Position numbers and translations under genes: made by a program. Source: Deinococcales bacterium (GTDB lineage: Bacteria > Deinococcota > Deinococci > Deinococcales > JAAFIG01). From it: a stretch of DNA of 64,000 bases. Position 1 is the stretch's first letter; the number at the start of each line of letters is the position of its first letter. The notes below the pieces were generated by a model. It was not told the DNA's origin. It did not search any database and saw only the letters and a program-made list of their open reading frames with translations. Shown piece by piece: positions 36,280 to 47,690 of this stretch. The stretch covers positions 1 to 64,000 of the forward strand of contig JAYWGM010000089.1 of assembly GCA_043778225.1 (NCBI GenBank). The letters are read 5' to 3'.

Positions 36280-36905
36280 GCTTTTGGTTTAGCCACGCGC
36301 CCCAAAACAAAACTGCCGACCCCAAGTGCAATCAATAAACCACCAACCCCAAACAACAGTAACGAGTCTCCACCTGTACTCGGTTGCCAATCGGCAATCA
36401 GATAAACCGTTTTTTGATCGGTTAAACCCACTTTGTTCCATTTTGCGAAGACATCGGCGGCGTTGTCGGTTGTAGCACTCAAATCAAAAGCATCGCTCGA
36501 GCCTAGACCAGATACACGCACCAAACCAGCCTGAATACAGTTATTTTGTTTGACACAATCGTATTTTTCATAAGGCAGCCAAGCTCTGACAATCGCTGCT
36601 GCTGGGGTGTTTGAGGCGGCATTTTTGGCGTAAAGCGCATAAAAAACGCCGTAGGCTTTCTCTGTTGTTTCAAAGGTGCTGTAGCGCCCATCAGTGCGCC
36701 CATCGAGTTTGAGAAAATTGTATTTTATTGGCTGTGGATTCTCGAGCGAATACGCCACCGCTCCTTGCTGATAATCTTTGGCTTGGTTAGTCTGCCCAAA
36801 GCCAGCCACGACCATACCCAAACCAATGACGGTCATCAGCAGCCCACGCCCATAAGGCGTTAAAAAAATAATCGATGCCAACTCGAGAAAATTCATTGGC
36901 ATCAA
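36276..36905 (-). CDS. Hypothetical membrane protein (N- and C-terminal TM helices)
   Basis: 209-aa ORF; hydrophobic ends. Confidence 0.7.
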   Translation of the reverse strand: MMPMNFLELASIIFLTPYGRGLLMTVIGLGMVVAGFGQTNQAKDYQQGAVAYSLENPQPIKYNFLKLDGRTDGRYSTFETTEKAYGVFYALYAKNAASNTPAAAIVRAWLPYEKYDCVKQNNCIQAGLVRVSGLGSSDAFDLSATTDNAADVFAKWNKVGLTDQKTVYLIADWQPSTGGDSLLLFGVGGLLIALGVGSFVLGRVAKPKA

Positions 36906-36961
36906 TTATAGCTCAAAAAAGGGCTGGCTCGAGAATAAAGACTGGCGAACTTAAATCGTAA

Positions 36962-39289
36962 TTATTTATTTACAAGGATGACAGCCTGCACGCCACGAAT
37001 CTCGAGAAACGCCGCTTTAGCAGTTTCAAACTCCCCAGCGTGCCGCAGTTCAATCCGTAAGCCAATTCGCGCTTCGCCATTTGCGACATTGGCTTCGACT
37101 TTTAAGGCACTTTTTTGTAGTTTCTCGAGGACATCCAACACATCTTTTAATAAACCCACACGGTCTTGGGCAACCACTTCAAAATCTATGGTGCTGCCCG
37201 AAACACTTTTCACATCCCAGCCCGCACCAATCACACGGTTGTTTTCCTCGAGCCGCAAGCGTTTGGAGTTGCTGCAATTGGCTTTGTGAATCGTCACACC
37301 ACGCCCGCGGGTAATGTAGCCCAAAATTGCATCGCCTTGGGCTGGTTTGCAGCACTGGGCAAATTTAACTGGGGCTTGCAAACCGCCCTCGAGATAGACC
37401 CCACTGGTGCTGGGTGGTGGCTTTTCTTGTGGCGTGGGCAGGGCTTGGCTTGGCTCGAGGTCTGGCACAAGAGCGCGAGCCACTTGTTGGGCAGTGTAGC
37501 GCCCAGAATGCAGCGCCATGTAGAGGTCGTCGGGGTTGCGCGAACCGATCATTTTTTCGGTGATGTCCTCGAGATTCTTGGTTCGCATCAGTTTACGGGC
37601 GGGTAAGCCGCGTTTTTTGAGGTAGCGGTCTAAACTTTCGTAGCCGTGAGTCAGGGCTTCGCTGCGTTCTTGCACCCGAAAAAAAGCCCGAATTTTACTT
37701 TTAGCGCTGCGCGTTGCCGCAAAATCCATCCAGTCGCGGCTTGGACCTGGCGAACCCCGATTGACAATAATTTCGACCCGTTCGCCATTATCGAGTTTAT
37801 ACGACAGTGGCACAATACTGCCATTGACTTTAGCACCAATCGCATGATGCCCAATGTTGGTGTGGATATGGTATGCCAAGTCTATTGGGGTTGCGCCCAG
37901 AGGCAAAGAAATACTTTTTCCTTTGGGGGTAAAAACAAAAATACGGGTGGACAACAAATCTTGCTGCACAGCATCCACAAAATCGCCAGCGTCCGAAATT
38001 TCGCTCGATAGTTTCTCAAGGTTCTCGAGCCAGTTCATACCACTTCGCAATTCATTTAAGCCAGCACTGCGGTTTTCAAAATCCGACCCATCTTCAATGC
38101 CAGATTTATAGAGCCAGTGGGCTGCCACACCAAATTCAGCCACGCTGTGCATTCGGGTGGTGCGAATCTGGACTTCGATCGGCTGCCCTTCCAGAGAAAT
38201 CACGGTGCTGTGTAAACTCTGGTAGCCGTTGGGCTTTGGCACAGCGATATAATCCTTAAATCGCCCCGGAATTGGGGTGTACAAACTATGCACCACACCC
38301 AAGGTATGATAGCAAACCCTTTTTTCGCGCTGGGTTTCTAAAGTCTCGCGGCTTGCACCCTCGCCGTTACTGAGTTCGGCTTCAGTGACACCACGCGGCT
38401 CGAGAATCACACGGATTGCCAGCAAATCAAAAATCTGCTCGAGATGCTTAGTGTCGCGCTGCATCTTGCCCCAAATGCTATACAAGTGCTTGCTGCGCCC
38501 CGTAATTTCAAAGCGAATCAGCCAACGGTTCAGTTCGCGGTCGGTCTCGAGGACTTCGCGTAGGTCGTCTATGGCGTGCTGCACCACCAAATCGCGCTCG
38601 GCTTGGGCTTGACGAATCTCGAGTGCCAATTCGGCATAGGCTTGTGGGTGCAGGTATAAAAAACTTAAATCCTCGAGTTCCCATTTTAGGCTGCCAATCC
38701 CCAAGCGGTGTGCTAAGGGCGCATAAATCTCTAAAGTTTCGGTGGCGATTCGTATTTGTTTATCGGGTCTCATGCTGGCTAGGGTTCGCATATTGTGCAG
38801 GCGGTCAGCGAGTTTGACAATAATTATCCGAATATCCTTGGTCATCTGCACCAACAACTGGCGCAGATTTTCGGCTTGTTCGTCCTCGATGCCGTCTTTG
38901 GCTTGCTTACTCAGTTTAGAAACCTTGGTTTCGCCCTCGACAATCCGCCGCACAGTTGCGCCAAATTCATGTTCGACATCTGCCAAAGTCACGCTGGTGT
39001 CCTCGACCGTATCGTGCAACAGACCAGCTTGGATGGCGCTCGAGTCCATTCGTAAATCGGCTAAGATAACCGCCACCGCCACCGGATGGGTGATGTACGG
39101 CTCGCCGCTTTTACGCAGTTGCCCGTCGTGAGCCGCAGCCGCAAAACGGTATGCCCGTTCGATTCGTTCTCTCGAGCCAAGCGATAAATGCCCAAGGCGT
39201 TGGGCTAGGTCTGGGAAACCATGCTGCATCAGCAACGAAGCACCGCCGTATTGTAGCCAAGCTGGTTCTGGGTTCTCGAGCGCCGTCAT
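36962..39289 (-). CDS. rel: Bifunctional (p)ppGpp synthetase/hydrolase
   Basis: GEPYITHP, LLHDTVED, KLADRLHN, KPNGYQSLH, TGS and ACT domains. Confidence 0.97.
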   Translation of the reverse strand: MTALENPEPAWLQYGGASLLMQHGFPDLAQRLGHLSLGSRERIERAYRFAAAAHDGQLRKSGEPYITHPVAVAVILADLRMDSSAIQAGLLHDTVEDTSVTLADVEHEFGATVRRIVEGETKVSKLSKQAKDGIEDEQAENLRQLLVQMTKDIRIIIVKLADRLHNMRTLASMRPDKQIRIATETLEIYAPLAHRLGIGSLKWELEDLSFLYLHPQAYAELALEIRQAQAERDLVVQHAIDDLREVLETDRELNRWLIRFEITGRSKHLYSIWGKMQRDTKHLEQIFDLLAIRVILEPRGVTEAELSNGEGASRETLETQREKRVCYHTLGVVHSLYTPIPGRFKDYIAVPKPNGYQSLHSTVISLEGQPIEVQIRTTRMHSVAEFGVAAHWLYKSGIEDGSDFENRSAGLNELRSGMNWLENLEKLSSEISDAGDFVDAVQQDLLSTRIFVFTPKGKSISLPLGATPIDLAYHIHTNIGHHAIGAKVNGSIVPLSYKLDNGERVEIIVNRGSPGPSRDWMDFAATRSAKSKIRAFFRVQERSEALTHGYESLDRYLKKRGLPARKLMRTKNLEDITEKMIGSRNPDDLYMALHSGRYTAQQVARALVPDLEPSQALPTPQEKPPPSTSGVYLEGGLQAPVKFAQCCKPAQGDAILGYITRGRGVTIHKANCSNSKRLRLEENNRVIGAGWDVKSVSGSTIDFEVVAQDRVGLLKDVLDVLEKLQKSALKVEANVANGEARIGLRIELRHAGEFETAKAAFLEIRGVQAVILVNK

Positions 39290-39593
39290 GGGCGCATAGT
39301 GTAACGCGAAAAGTAAGACTTTGGCTAATTGAAAGATGCTCGAGTCAAAGAACCAAAATAGCTTGACTCGAGCGTGGTTTTGAGAGGTGCGTTTTTAGAA
39401 GAAGTTATTAACGCTTAAATACCTTAACTTGATACGATTTACTCGCTTGTCCTTTGTCCACCCCGAAGGCGAAACCCAGTTGGGATTCATTGACAAGCAA
39501 ATATCCCTATCCATTGACGTTCACCACCGCCGATGGGTCGCGTAAATCGCTTTGAATGACTGTTCGTATTGCCGTGGTCAGGCTGCTTTGGTC

Positions 39594-40571
39594 TCAGGTC
39601 AGCACCACAATTTTGCCACCTGCCAAGTTCGCCTCCATGCAGTGGTGCGCCTCGACAATCTGGTCTAACCGAAAGGTTCTGCCCACTTGAACAGGCAAAA
39701 TTCCAGCCGCGACCTGTTGAACTAAATTGTTCAGTGGCATATCCATGAAATCTTGTGCCGTACCACTGTACGATGTCAAGCAGACGTTGCTTGGGATTCC
39801 CTCCATTGGATTGAAACCGTCCAGCGTCCACCGATTGCCGACGATGCCTGTCATGCTGACAATACCTTGTGAATTCACGCAGCGCAGCGAATCGAGCAAT
39901 GTCGTCGTGCCGACAAGCTCCAGCACCTTATCCACGCCGTCTGGATAAAGCGCTCTCACTTGGGCTTCGATGCTGCCTGTATCAATAAAAACCCGTTCTA
40001 CCCCGTGAGCGCGTAACAACCCCTCACGTTCAGGGTTGCGCGTGGTCGCTGTCACAACTGCACCATGATTTTTGGCGATAGCGGCAGCCGCCAGTCCGAC
40101 CGATGTCGTGCCACCACGAATCAGCAGCCGATCTCCTTTGGTCAGCCGCAAAGATTTGAACAACGCACCCCAAGCGGTTTGCAGCATTTCGGGGAGCGCC
40201 CCGAGAATCTCCCAAGGCGATTTTGCCTCAACGGCTTGAACCTGAGTTGCAGGCACAGAAGTGAATTCGGCATAACCGCCGTCAAAATCCCGACCCATAC
40301 CGCCCATGACGGTGGCAACAACATCACCCTGCTGGAATTCCCCACCTAAAGCCTGTTCGACAACACCAACCGCTTCAATCCCGAGGACTCGAGGGAACTG
40401 CACACCAGGCGAGTGACCTTGGCGGGTGTACAGTTCCGAACGGTTCAGACCAAACGCCTTAACGCGAATCAGCACCCAACCTTCTCGAGTTTTCGGAATG
40501 GGGCGACGCTCGAGCTTCAAGACTTCAGGCTCGCCCACCTCGTGAACAACAACTGCATTCATCATTTGCAT
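39594..40571 (-). CDS. Zinc-binding alcohol dehydrogenase/quinone oxidoreductase family
   Basis: RBS GGAGG; KAFGLNRSE, GIEAVG, DGGYAE, IRGGTTSVG, GKIVV. Confidence 0.9.
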   Translation of the reverse strand: MQMMNAVVVHEVGEPEVLKLERRPIPKTREGWVLIRVKAFGLNRSELYTRQGHSPGVQFPRVLGIEAVGVVEQALGGEFQQGDVVATVMGGMGRDFDGGYAEFTSVPATQVQAVEAKSPWEILGALPEMLQTAWGALFKSLRLTKGDRLLIRGGTTSVGLAAAAIAKNHGAVVTATTRNPEREGLLRAHGVERVFIDTGSIEAQVRALYPDGVDKVLELVGTTTLLDSLRCVNSQGIVSMTGIVGNRWTLDGFNPMEGIPSNVCLTSYSGTAQDFMDMPLNNLVQQVAAGILPVQVGRTFRLDQIVEAHHCMEANLAGGKIVVLT

Positions 40572-40700
40572 TGACAACCTCCGAGTTTTTGAAAGTATTC
40601 TCAAGATATTTACTCAGGACGACCAAAATACCTATTTGTCTTGAAGCCGAACAGTATTTGCTGATTTTACAAAACCAACTTTAATTTTAGGACTGCTTTC

Positions 40701-43058
40701 TCAGCCACGAAAACGCCGCCACGCCAATTCGGTCACCAAAATAAGCAGCGCCAGCAATGCCAACCATGGGGCTAAAGAAAGCCTCGAGACTTGCTGGGCT
40801 GGAATGTAGCCTTCTAAGTTCTCCAAAAAACGCCCACCTGTGGCACTGGCAATCTGACGCAGCAATGCCACACCACCAGTTGTCTCGAGTTCTCGATTTT
40901 GGCTGCTCAGACTGCGGCGCTCGAGTAAAACCCCGCGTGAGAGCAGGGCTAAAGAACCTTCAGCATTTTTAGGCAAGGCTGCTTCGTATCTTCCGGGGGC
41001 AGTTTGCTGCAAGGCAATCGTCTCTGAGCCAACCCGCACTTGCAGCGCTAAGTTGTTGCGGTACTGGTTGCCCTCGACTGCATCCACCGTCACCAGACCG
41101 CCATCTGGACTGACCGACAAGGCATAGGGTGTTTCTGGAATCTCGAGCCAACGGGCAACTGTGCCGATTAAGCCGGGTAGATCACGCCACTGGGTCAGGG
41201 CATCGGTGCGGTTCAGGTCTATGGTCAAGGCAGCACTGCGCCCTAAGCCTTTACGGATAATTGCCAGCACAGGTTCGCGGTCTGCGCCCATTAAAATCGA
41301 TTCGGCTTCAGACTTGAGGGTTGTGGCAATGTACTTAGCCGCTTTTGGTGGTTGACTCGAGACACTGCCCGCCAATGGATGGGTTTGTAAGGTTACAGCT
41401 TGATTGGTGCGAACCAAAGCGCGTTTAGAGGTCAGGGCTTCGGTCGTAAAAATTCGTGGCAAGGTGTCGGGGTCAAGGGCTTGGTAATAGCGCCCTCCAC
41501 CAGCTTGAGCAATAATTTTCAGGTTTTTACTGTCAGCATCGCCACCGACCGCAATACTCGAGGTGGTGATGCCTTTGGTTTTAGCGGCTTGCGCCAGCCC
41601 CCGAAAATTCGGTGGATTACCGCCTTCACCGTCGGCAAATTGCCCATCGGTTAGTAAAATAATGTGTTTGACTGCGGCGTTAGAAGCCTCGAGGGCGGCA
41701 ATCGCTTGTTGGTAAGCGGGCGCGACAATCGTGCCACCGACTGCTTCGATGGTTTCGATGGCGCGTAGCATCTGTAATTTATTATTTTCGTTGGCTCGAG
41801 TCGGCTTAAAAATCCATTGTGGCGTATCGGAAAAAACGATTAAACCTAAATAATCGCGCTCGTTGGCTAACTCGACCACATTGGCAACACCCTCAAGTGC
41901 CAAACCAAGTTTTTGTGAATTGCTGCTGCCACCAGAGCCAACCATGCTCAGACTGCGGTCTACGACCATGACCATTGCCACCAGTGGGACATCCACTCGG
42001 GTGCGTAAATCGCTCGAGACTGGCAAAAATGCCTCAAGCGGACTGCGATTCCAGCCACCCAAACCAAAACTCTGGTCACCGCCGGTCAGCATCACCCCAC
42101 CGCCATCTTCGATATAGCGCCGCAGTAATTCTTGTTGTGAGCGAGTGAGTGCCGTGCCAACCTGTTCGGTTAAAGCCGCACCAGCCCGAATAAAAACCGC
42201 ACTGTAAGCCAATGGTTCACGCACCAGCCCGACTGTGCCTTCTTTGGTTTTGAAACCCTGAGCGCGGAGTAACTTCGCCAAAGCTGGGTCATTGACCACC
42301 AAAACTTCTCGAGGGGCTTTGATGCTCAGGGCTAAACTGCGTTGGTCATCGCTGGTTGGCTGGGCAAAATCTGGCACGATGCTGACCTCGAGCGAGACAC
42401 CGCCACGTTCTGGAACACGAAACTCGAGTGGTATGCTGCTGCGCCCAACGGGCAAGGTTATGGTTTTCGCCAGAATTTGAACTCCATTTAGCACTGCCTT
42501 AACCCGCACCAAAGACTTTTGACTGGTCTCGAGAACCGCATTGGTCTGCACTGTTGCGCCGGGCGCAAGGCTATTGGGAGCAATCAAATCAGCCACGGCG
42601 GCATTGCCTCGGTTACTGACCACTAAAGTATCCACAGGGACATTTGGTAAACCTTGTAGCGCTTGTCCTCGAGTTTGGTTGCCATCAGAAATCAGTAAAA
42701 TTCGGCTTGGCTCGAGTGCCGTGGCAGTTTGTAACGCTGTGGCAATATCGGTTTGGGTTGGCTCGAGATTCTCACGGCTGGCTGTTCCTGTTTGCCCAGC
42801 AAAAGACAATTGGGCTTTGCTGCTCAGATTAAATGTAATTCGGGCGGCACTGTCCGAGACATCCTCGAGAATGATAAGACCAGCACGGTTCTGCTCGAGC
42901 AACGGGTTAGCGATTGCCAAACCAAGCACCACCAGTGCCAATGTTCGCAGCCGTAAAATCGGCTGGCGCACAATCGCGGCTTTGGAAAACCACAAGGCAG
43001 CCACGAACGCCAAAATGCCCAAAACCAAAAAAATCGGTGATTCAAAAGCCAAACTCAT
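40701..43058 (-). CDS. vWA domain protein with glutamine-amidotransferase-like domain
   Basis: DVSDS/ISDG and DRSLS/LLTDG MIDAS sets; GGGVMLTGG..SFGLGGW; EW..R-like C-terminal TM. Confidence 0.85.
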   Translation of the reverse strand: MSLAFESPIFLVLGILAFVAALWFSKAAIVRQPILRLRTLALVVLGLAIANPLLEQNRAGLIILEDVSDSAARITFNLSSKAQLSFAGQTGTASRENLEPTQTDIATALQTATALEPSRILLISDGNQTRGQALQGLPNVPVDTLVVSNRGNAAVADLIAPNSLAPGATVQTNAVLETSQKSLVRVKAVLNGVQILAKTITLPVGRSSIPLEFRVPERGGVSLEVSIVPDFAQPTSDDQRSLALSIKAPREVLVVNDPALAKLLRAQGFKTKEGTVGLVREPLAYSAVFIRAGAALTEQVGTALTRSQQELLRRYIEDGGGVMLTGGDQSFGLGGWNRSPLEAFLPVSSDLRTRVDVPLVAMVMVVDRSLSMVGSGGSSNSQKLGLALEGVANVVELANERDYLGLIVFSDTPQWIFKPTRANENNKLQMLRAIETIEAVGGTIVAPAYQQAIAALEASNAAVKHIILLTDGQFADGEGGNPPNFRGLAQAAKTKGITTSSIAVGGDADSKNLKIIAQAGGGRYYQALDPDTLPRIFTTEALTSKRALVRTNQAVTLQTHPLAGSVSSQPPKAAKYIATTLKSEAESILMGADREPVLAIIRKGLGRSAALTIDLNRTDALTQWRDLPGLIGTVARWLEIPETPYALSVSPDGGLVTVDAVEGNQYRNNLALQVRVGSETIALQQTAPGRYEAALPKNAEGSLALLSRGVLLERRSLSSQNRELETTGGVALLRQIASATGGRFLENLEGYIPAQQVSRLSLAPWLALLALLILVTELAWRRFRG

Positions 43059-44740
43059 GCTGTCCGCCGAAATCTCGAGAACAGTGTCGGCTGACCGCGC
43101 AGCGCCGCCTCGAGCAGCAACGCCAACAAGGCAATCAAAAGGAGTGGTAAACGCCAAGGGCTAAAAGTATCGCTATTTTGATTTTGCTGATTACTATTTT
43201 GACTGCCGCTTAGATTTTGGGTTTCGGATTGTCCAGTGGTAAAGCGGCTTTGTTGACTCGAGCCAAGGTTTGCCACCAAGCGTTCGCCATCGCTGGTGTA
43301 TAGCCCCGGCAATAAAGCTCGAGTGAAACCAGTGGCAATGTTGCCTTGGTAAGTCACATTTGTGCCAAGGCGTGTCCCGAGTGGCACATTTTGGGCGTTG
43401 GCATATTCTTGAATGATATTAAAAAGCAGCACTGGAAAAGCTGGAAATTTTCGCAGTTCGGTCTCGAGCGGATGCACCGCCAAGTAAATGGCTCGAACTC
43501 CTGAGGCAACACCGCGCCAAATTAAGGGCTGATCGCCGACATAAACCAGTGGTGTCCAAGTCCCATTGGGCAGTTCTGGCGGCATTTGAGGTGAACGGCG
43601 CACCCGAACGCCCTCGAGTTGCACAAAACGCAGGATACCATCGCTGCTGCTGCGGGTGATGCGCTCGAGTTTTGGAATCTGGTTGGCTTTGGGCAGTGGT
43701 GCAAAAATAATGTAATTACCACTTGGCAAAGATTGTGGAATTGCGCCAACCAAAACAATCACATCGTAGCCTCGAGCCGTGCTGGGTGGCGTATCGCGGG
43801 CAGCCGTGCGAATTCCCGGCACACTGACCATCGCTTTGAGGACATCATCTTGTGGTGGCGTGACCAGCACCCGACTGGAAATTAAGTAGGCATAGGCTTG
43901 GTTATCGAGATCTAAAGCATCTGGCTTAATAAGCTCGAGTTTATATGTGCCGGGTTGCAAAACCACCTTTGGAGTCCAACTGATTCGCCCTCGAGTTGGG
44001 ATTTTTAGCTCGCTTTCGGCAATTGTTTTCTGGTCTCGAGTTAGGCGTACTTTAGCACTGACTGGCTTAGACTGGTTGCTCTCGAGTGCCGCAAATACTT
44101 GTGCGCCACGAATTGCAAACGAAGTGATTCCAACATTTTCGCCGCTGCCAAGTATGCGTTGCCATGTCCCCTGAAAAGAATTTGGCGCAGCTTGACTTGA
44201 GTAGACAACGATTTGGGCTTGTGGCGAAATGCTTTTTGCTAAAGCCAAAGCTGGAACAAGATCGCTGCTCGAATCTCCGGCTGCTAGGCTCTGTAATGCC
44301 TTCAGACGGGTTTCGGGGGTGGCGGCTGCACCAGTCTCAACTGTAGCGCTCAGACCTGCCCTAATGATGGTCACACGCCCCGAGAGTTGGGTTTTAGCAA
44401 GTTCTTTGGCAGAGGCAAGCCTCGAGGTTGTTTGGTTATTGCTTAGAACATCTTTGGCGGTCATGGTTGCGCCAACATCAAAAATCAGCACTCTTTCTCG
44501 AGTATCGCCGCCCAGTTGTGGTGCGGCTGCGCCTAACGTTGCCAGCAGAACTGTCAGCAGTTGGAGCAGCAAAAAGATGTTGGGATGAAACTTGGCGCGG
44601 CGTTCTGGGGCTTCTTCTGCACCCCAAAGCCATAAGGCACTGACAGTTCTTTGGCGTTTGGCTTGACGAATAAAATGCAGCCACAGCACAATCGGAATAA
44701 AAGTTAGCCCCAGTAGAAACCACGGCGCAGCAAAGGTCAT
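43055..44740 (-). CDS. BatA N-terminal/vWA-like membrane protein
   Basis: MTFAAPWFLLGL..IP.VL.LHF..SALWLW BatA-type N-terminus; C-terminal TM. Confidence 0.8.
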   Translation of the reverse strand: MTFAAPWFLLGLTFIPIVLWLHFIRQAKRQRTVSALWLWGAEEAPERRAKFHPNIFLLLQLLTVLLATLGAAAPQLGGDTRERVLIFDVGATMTAKDVLSNNQTTSRLASAKELAKTQLSGRVTIIRAGLSATVETGAAATPETRLKALQSLAAGDSSSDLVPALALAKSISPQAQIVVYSSQAAPNSFQGTWQRILGSGENVGITSFAIRGAQVFAALESNQSKPVSAKVRLTRDQKTIAESELKIPTRGRISWTPKVVLQPGTYKLELIKPDALDLDNQAYAYLISSRVLVTPPQDDVLKAMVSVPGIRTAARDTPPSTARGYDVIVLVGAIPQSLPSGNYIIFAPLPKANQIPKLERITRSSSDGILRFVQLEGVRVRRSPQMPPELPNGTWTPLVYVGDQPLIWRGVASGVRAIYLAVHPLETELRKFPAFPVLLFNIIQEYANAQNVPLGTRLGTNVTYQGNIATGFTRALLPGLYTSDGERLVANLGSSQQSRFTTGQSETQNLSGSQNSNQQNQNSDTFSPWRLPLLLIALLALLLEAALRGQPTLFSRFRRTA

Positions 44741-44802
44741 GTCTTTAATCTAACGGCTTTTAAGGTGGGATTGATGGCAAAAAATCGTCAGATTTATTTG
44801 AC

Positions 44803-44907
44803 TTATCCACAGGCTTAAACTTATTTCCAAGCAATCTAAGCTGTCAAACACAACCTTAAAAATAGTTATCCACATTATCCACAGAGTTATCCCAAAGCTG
44901 TGGATAA
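44803..44907. promoter_or_regulatory. DnaA-box cluster downstream of dnaN
   Basis: TTATCCACA at 44803, 44866, 44875; TGTGGATAA at 44899. Confidence 0.9.
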
Positions 44908-44910
44908 CTC

Positions 44911-45996
44911 TTAAACCCGCAGTGGATTGACAATTGCCAAGTAGCCGGGGTCAGATTCTGCGGTAAATTTGGCGGGGGCATTTAAGCCTAAACCAATCAA
45001 AACTTCGCCTTCGATCGGCGAGAGTGCTTCGGTCAATTGTTTGGCACGAAAACCAACCGTGATTGCGGGTTCTGAGCCGTGTTGCACCACATCCAAAACG
45101 TCTTGGGCGCGTCCAAAATCAGACTCAGCCACCAGTTGCAACTTTCCGCCTGCAACAATAAATTCAACTTTGTTGTTGCTGCTTTTGTCCGCCACGACCG
45201 CCACTCGAGCCACAGCTTCGCGCAATGCCCCCGCCGAAACCGCCACAGTCACACTCGAGCTATTTGGAATGACTCGGGCATAGTCTGGCAATTCGCCATC
45301 CATCAGCTTGGCATTGACGCGCACACGGTCGGTTGCCACCGAGAGCGTACCTTGAGAAATCGTCAGGCGCACTTCGCCATCTTTAAGCACCCGAATCAAT
45401 TCATCGGCATTGCGGGCTGGAATCACCAATTTACGGGCTTCCAGGGTACTCGAGGCGGCAAAATTACGGTAGGCAAGCCTGAAACCATCGGTTGCCACGA
45501 CCCTCGAACTGGTTGGAGTCAATTCGAGTTGGACACCACGAAAAATAGCACGGAATTCCTCGGCAGCCGCCGCATAGCGCACACTGGTCAGGCTTTTGGT
45601 AAATTCTCGAGCATCCAAAGTCAAATGCGTTTCGGTTGGAAATTGCAATTCTGGGTACGCGCTGAGGTCGCCAGTTTGAATCTTGAAGGTGCTGCCAGCA
45701 CTAGCCACAGTGAGTTCAGAACCATTGAGCTGCAATTCGACCAATTCGCCAGAGAGGGCTTTGGTGATTTGGGCAAAAAGTTGGGCTGGAACAACAAAAT
45801 CTTGTCCGTCCACGATTTGTGCCTCGAGAAAATACTCGATGTCAATTTCAAGATTTGTGCCAGACAAAGATAAGCCTTGCGGTGTGACTGAGACTTTGAG
45901 TTGGGTTAAGGCAGCATTGCTGCTGCGGGCTGGAACTATCCGCTCGAGGATTCCAAGGGCTTCACTGAGTTGTTTTTTAGGGATTTGTACTTGCAT
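44911..45996 (-). CDS. dnaN: DNA polymerase III beta clamp
   Basis: GTNLEI, VATDGFRLA, G.LPDY.RVIP; downstream of dnaA. Confidence 0.97.
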   Translation of the reverse strand: MQVQIPKKQLSEALGILERIVPARSSNAALTQLKVSVTPQGLSLSGTNLEIDIEYFLEAQIVDGQDFVVPAQLFAQITKALSGELVELQLNGSELTVASAGSTFKIQTGDLSAYPELQFPTETHLTLDAREFTKSLTSVRYAAAAEEFRAIFRGVQLELTPTSSRVVATDGFRLAYRNFAASSTLEARKLVIPARNADELIRVLKDGEVRLTISQGTLSVATDRVRVNAKLMDGELPDYARVIPNSSSVTVAVSAGALREAVARVAVVADKSSNNKVEFIVAGGKLQLVAESDFGRAQDVLDVVQHGSEPAITVGFRAKQLTEALSPIEGEVLIGLGLNAPAKFTAESDPGYLAIVNPLRV

Positions 45997-46090
45997 GAGA
46001 ATTCCTCCATGAGTGGGGTTTTAAGGTTTTTTCTTTGGCTGAAATCTTTCAAATTAAAGACTTTTGGAGCGCTGGTTTAATACTAACAGA

Positions 46091-46334
46091 TTAAATTATA
46101 TAAATAGTAGTAGTAGTAATAGGGGCTGTGGATAGTGTGGATAAGTGCCTTTTGAATTGTTCAGCACGGTATTTGTCTTGTGGATAAAACTGTGTATAAC
46201 TACCCCCTTGCTTGTGGATAACTGTCTAACAACTTGGCACTTGTCCACAGGGCTGAAGGAGACTCGAGTTATCCACAAGTTATCCACAGTTTGTCCACAG
46301 CTTTTCCACAGGGTTATGAACAGGGTTATCCACA
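46091..46334. other. Replication origin oriC core (DUE, DnaA-trios, DnaA boxes)
   Basis: AT-rich 46091-46104, TAG trios 46105-46122, GC cluster, boxes at 46127, 46136, 46179, 46191, 46213, 46241, 46269, 46280, 46291, 46302, 46326. Confidence 0.95.
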
Positions 46335-46347
46335 GGCGACTACGAAC

Positions 46348-47682
46348 CTAAGAGAGCTTGGCTCGAATGGCTCGGATGTTGCCTTGTAGATCGTTGTCTT
46401 GCTCGGCTTGCTCAGTAATTTTTTGAATTGCATACAAAATTGTGCTGTGGTCTCGAGCAAAAAAAGCGCCAATTTCTGGCAGGCTGTGGTTGGTCAGTTC
46501 TCGAATCATAAACATCGCCACTTGGCGTGGCATCACGACTTCTTTAGCACGCCCAGCAGATTTTAGATTTTCGGTCGGAATCGAGTAATGCAGCGCCACA
46601 ATATCAAGAATATCCTGCATTTCTAGGCTCACTTCGGTTTCGGTAAAGACATTGCTGAGGGCTTTAGCGGCAATGGCTCGAGAAACCTGATTACCTTCAA
46701 GTCCGTTCAGGCTGGCAAAGGCAATCACCCGCATCAGTGCGCCCTCGAGTTCACGGATGTTGCTGGTGACTTGTTTGGCAATAAACTCAAGAACTTCATC
46801 AGGAATATAGACTCGGCGGTATTCGCTGTTCATGCGTAAAATAGCGACTCGAGTTTCAAATTCTGGGCTTTGAATATCGGTAATCAAACCCCATTCAAAA
46901 CGGCTGCGAAGTCGTGCCTCAAGGGTAAGAATGTCTTTTGGCGGGCGGTCTGAGGAAAGGATAATTTGTTTTCCAGCTTCGTACAAGGCATTAAAAGTAT
47001 GAAAAAATTCTTCTTGGGTACGCTCCTTGCCAGCAATAAATTGAATATCGTCGACCATCAATAAGTCCACACTGCGATAACGATCCTTAAAATTGGTCAT
47101 TTTGTCTTCACGAATCGAATTAATCAGTTCGTTGGTAAAAGTTTCAGTGCTGATGTACTCGATTCGCTTATCGGGAAAACGCTCGGCAACACTGTGACCA
47201 ACAGCGTGCATTAAATGTGTTTTGCCAAGCCCAACGCCACCATAAATAAAAAGTGGATTGTAGGCTTTACCCGGTTGCTCGGCAACCGCTAAAGCCGCCG
47301 CATGAGCAAAATTATTATTTGGACCAATCACAAATTTTTCAAAAGTGTATTTGATATTGAGTTTTAAGCGTCCATCGTCGTGAATTGGTGTGGTGCTTTT
47401 ATTTTTTACTTCGGGCATCAGCATCGCTTCTGGGGTACTGGGCAGCACCTTGAAGCCAATTTTTGGATTCTCTGCCCCAATGTTACGCAAGGCTTCCTCG
47501 AGCAAATTTAAGTAATGCTGCTTGAGCCAATCGGCAGCAAAAGAATTGGGAACACCAAGAACATATGTGCCATTCTCGAGTCCTTGCGGTTTGATACGAA
47601 TAAACCAAGTGTGGTATTCCACATCGGATACGTTGCGTTTGACATAATCCTTGACTTGCTCCCAAATGTCGAGTTGACTCAC
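46348..47682 (-). CDS. dnaA: Chromosomal replication initiator
   Basis: [44 protein letters not shown]. Confidence 0.98.
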   Translation of the reverse strand: MSQLDIWEQVKDYVKRNVSDVEYHTWFIRIKPQGLENGTYVLGVPNSFAADWLKQHYLNLLEEALRNIGAENPKIGFKVLPSTPEAMLMPEVKNKSTTPIHDDGRLKLNIKYTFEKFVIGPNNNFAHAAALAVAEQPGKAYNPLFIYGGVGLGKTHLMHAVGHSVAERFPDKRIEYISTETFTNELINSIREDKMTNFKDRYRSVDLLMVDDIQFIAGKERTQEEFFHTFNALYEAGKQIILSSDRPPKDILTLEARLRSRFEWGLITDIQSPEFETRVAILRMNSEYRRVYIPDEVLEFIAKQVTSNIRELEGALMRVIAFASLNGLEGNQVSRAIAAKALSNVFTETEVSLEMQDILDIVALHYSIPTENLKSAGRAKEVVMPRQVAMFMIRELTNHSLPEIGAFFARDHSTILYAIQKITEQAEQDNDLQGNIRAIRAKLS

Positions 47683-47690
47683 AGTACGTT

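Noticed and set aside
46096..46351. Short ORFs 46096-46287 and 46145-46351
   Set aside because: Translations of DnaA boxes and trios in oriC
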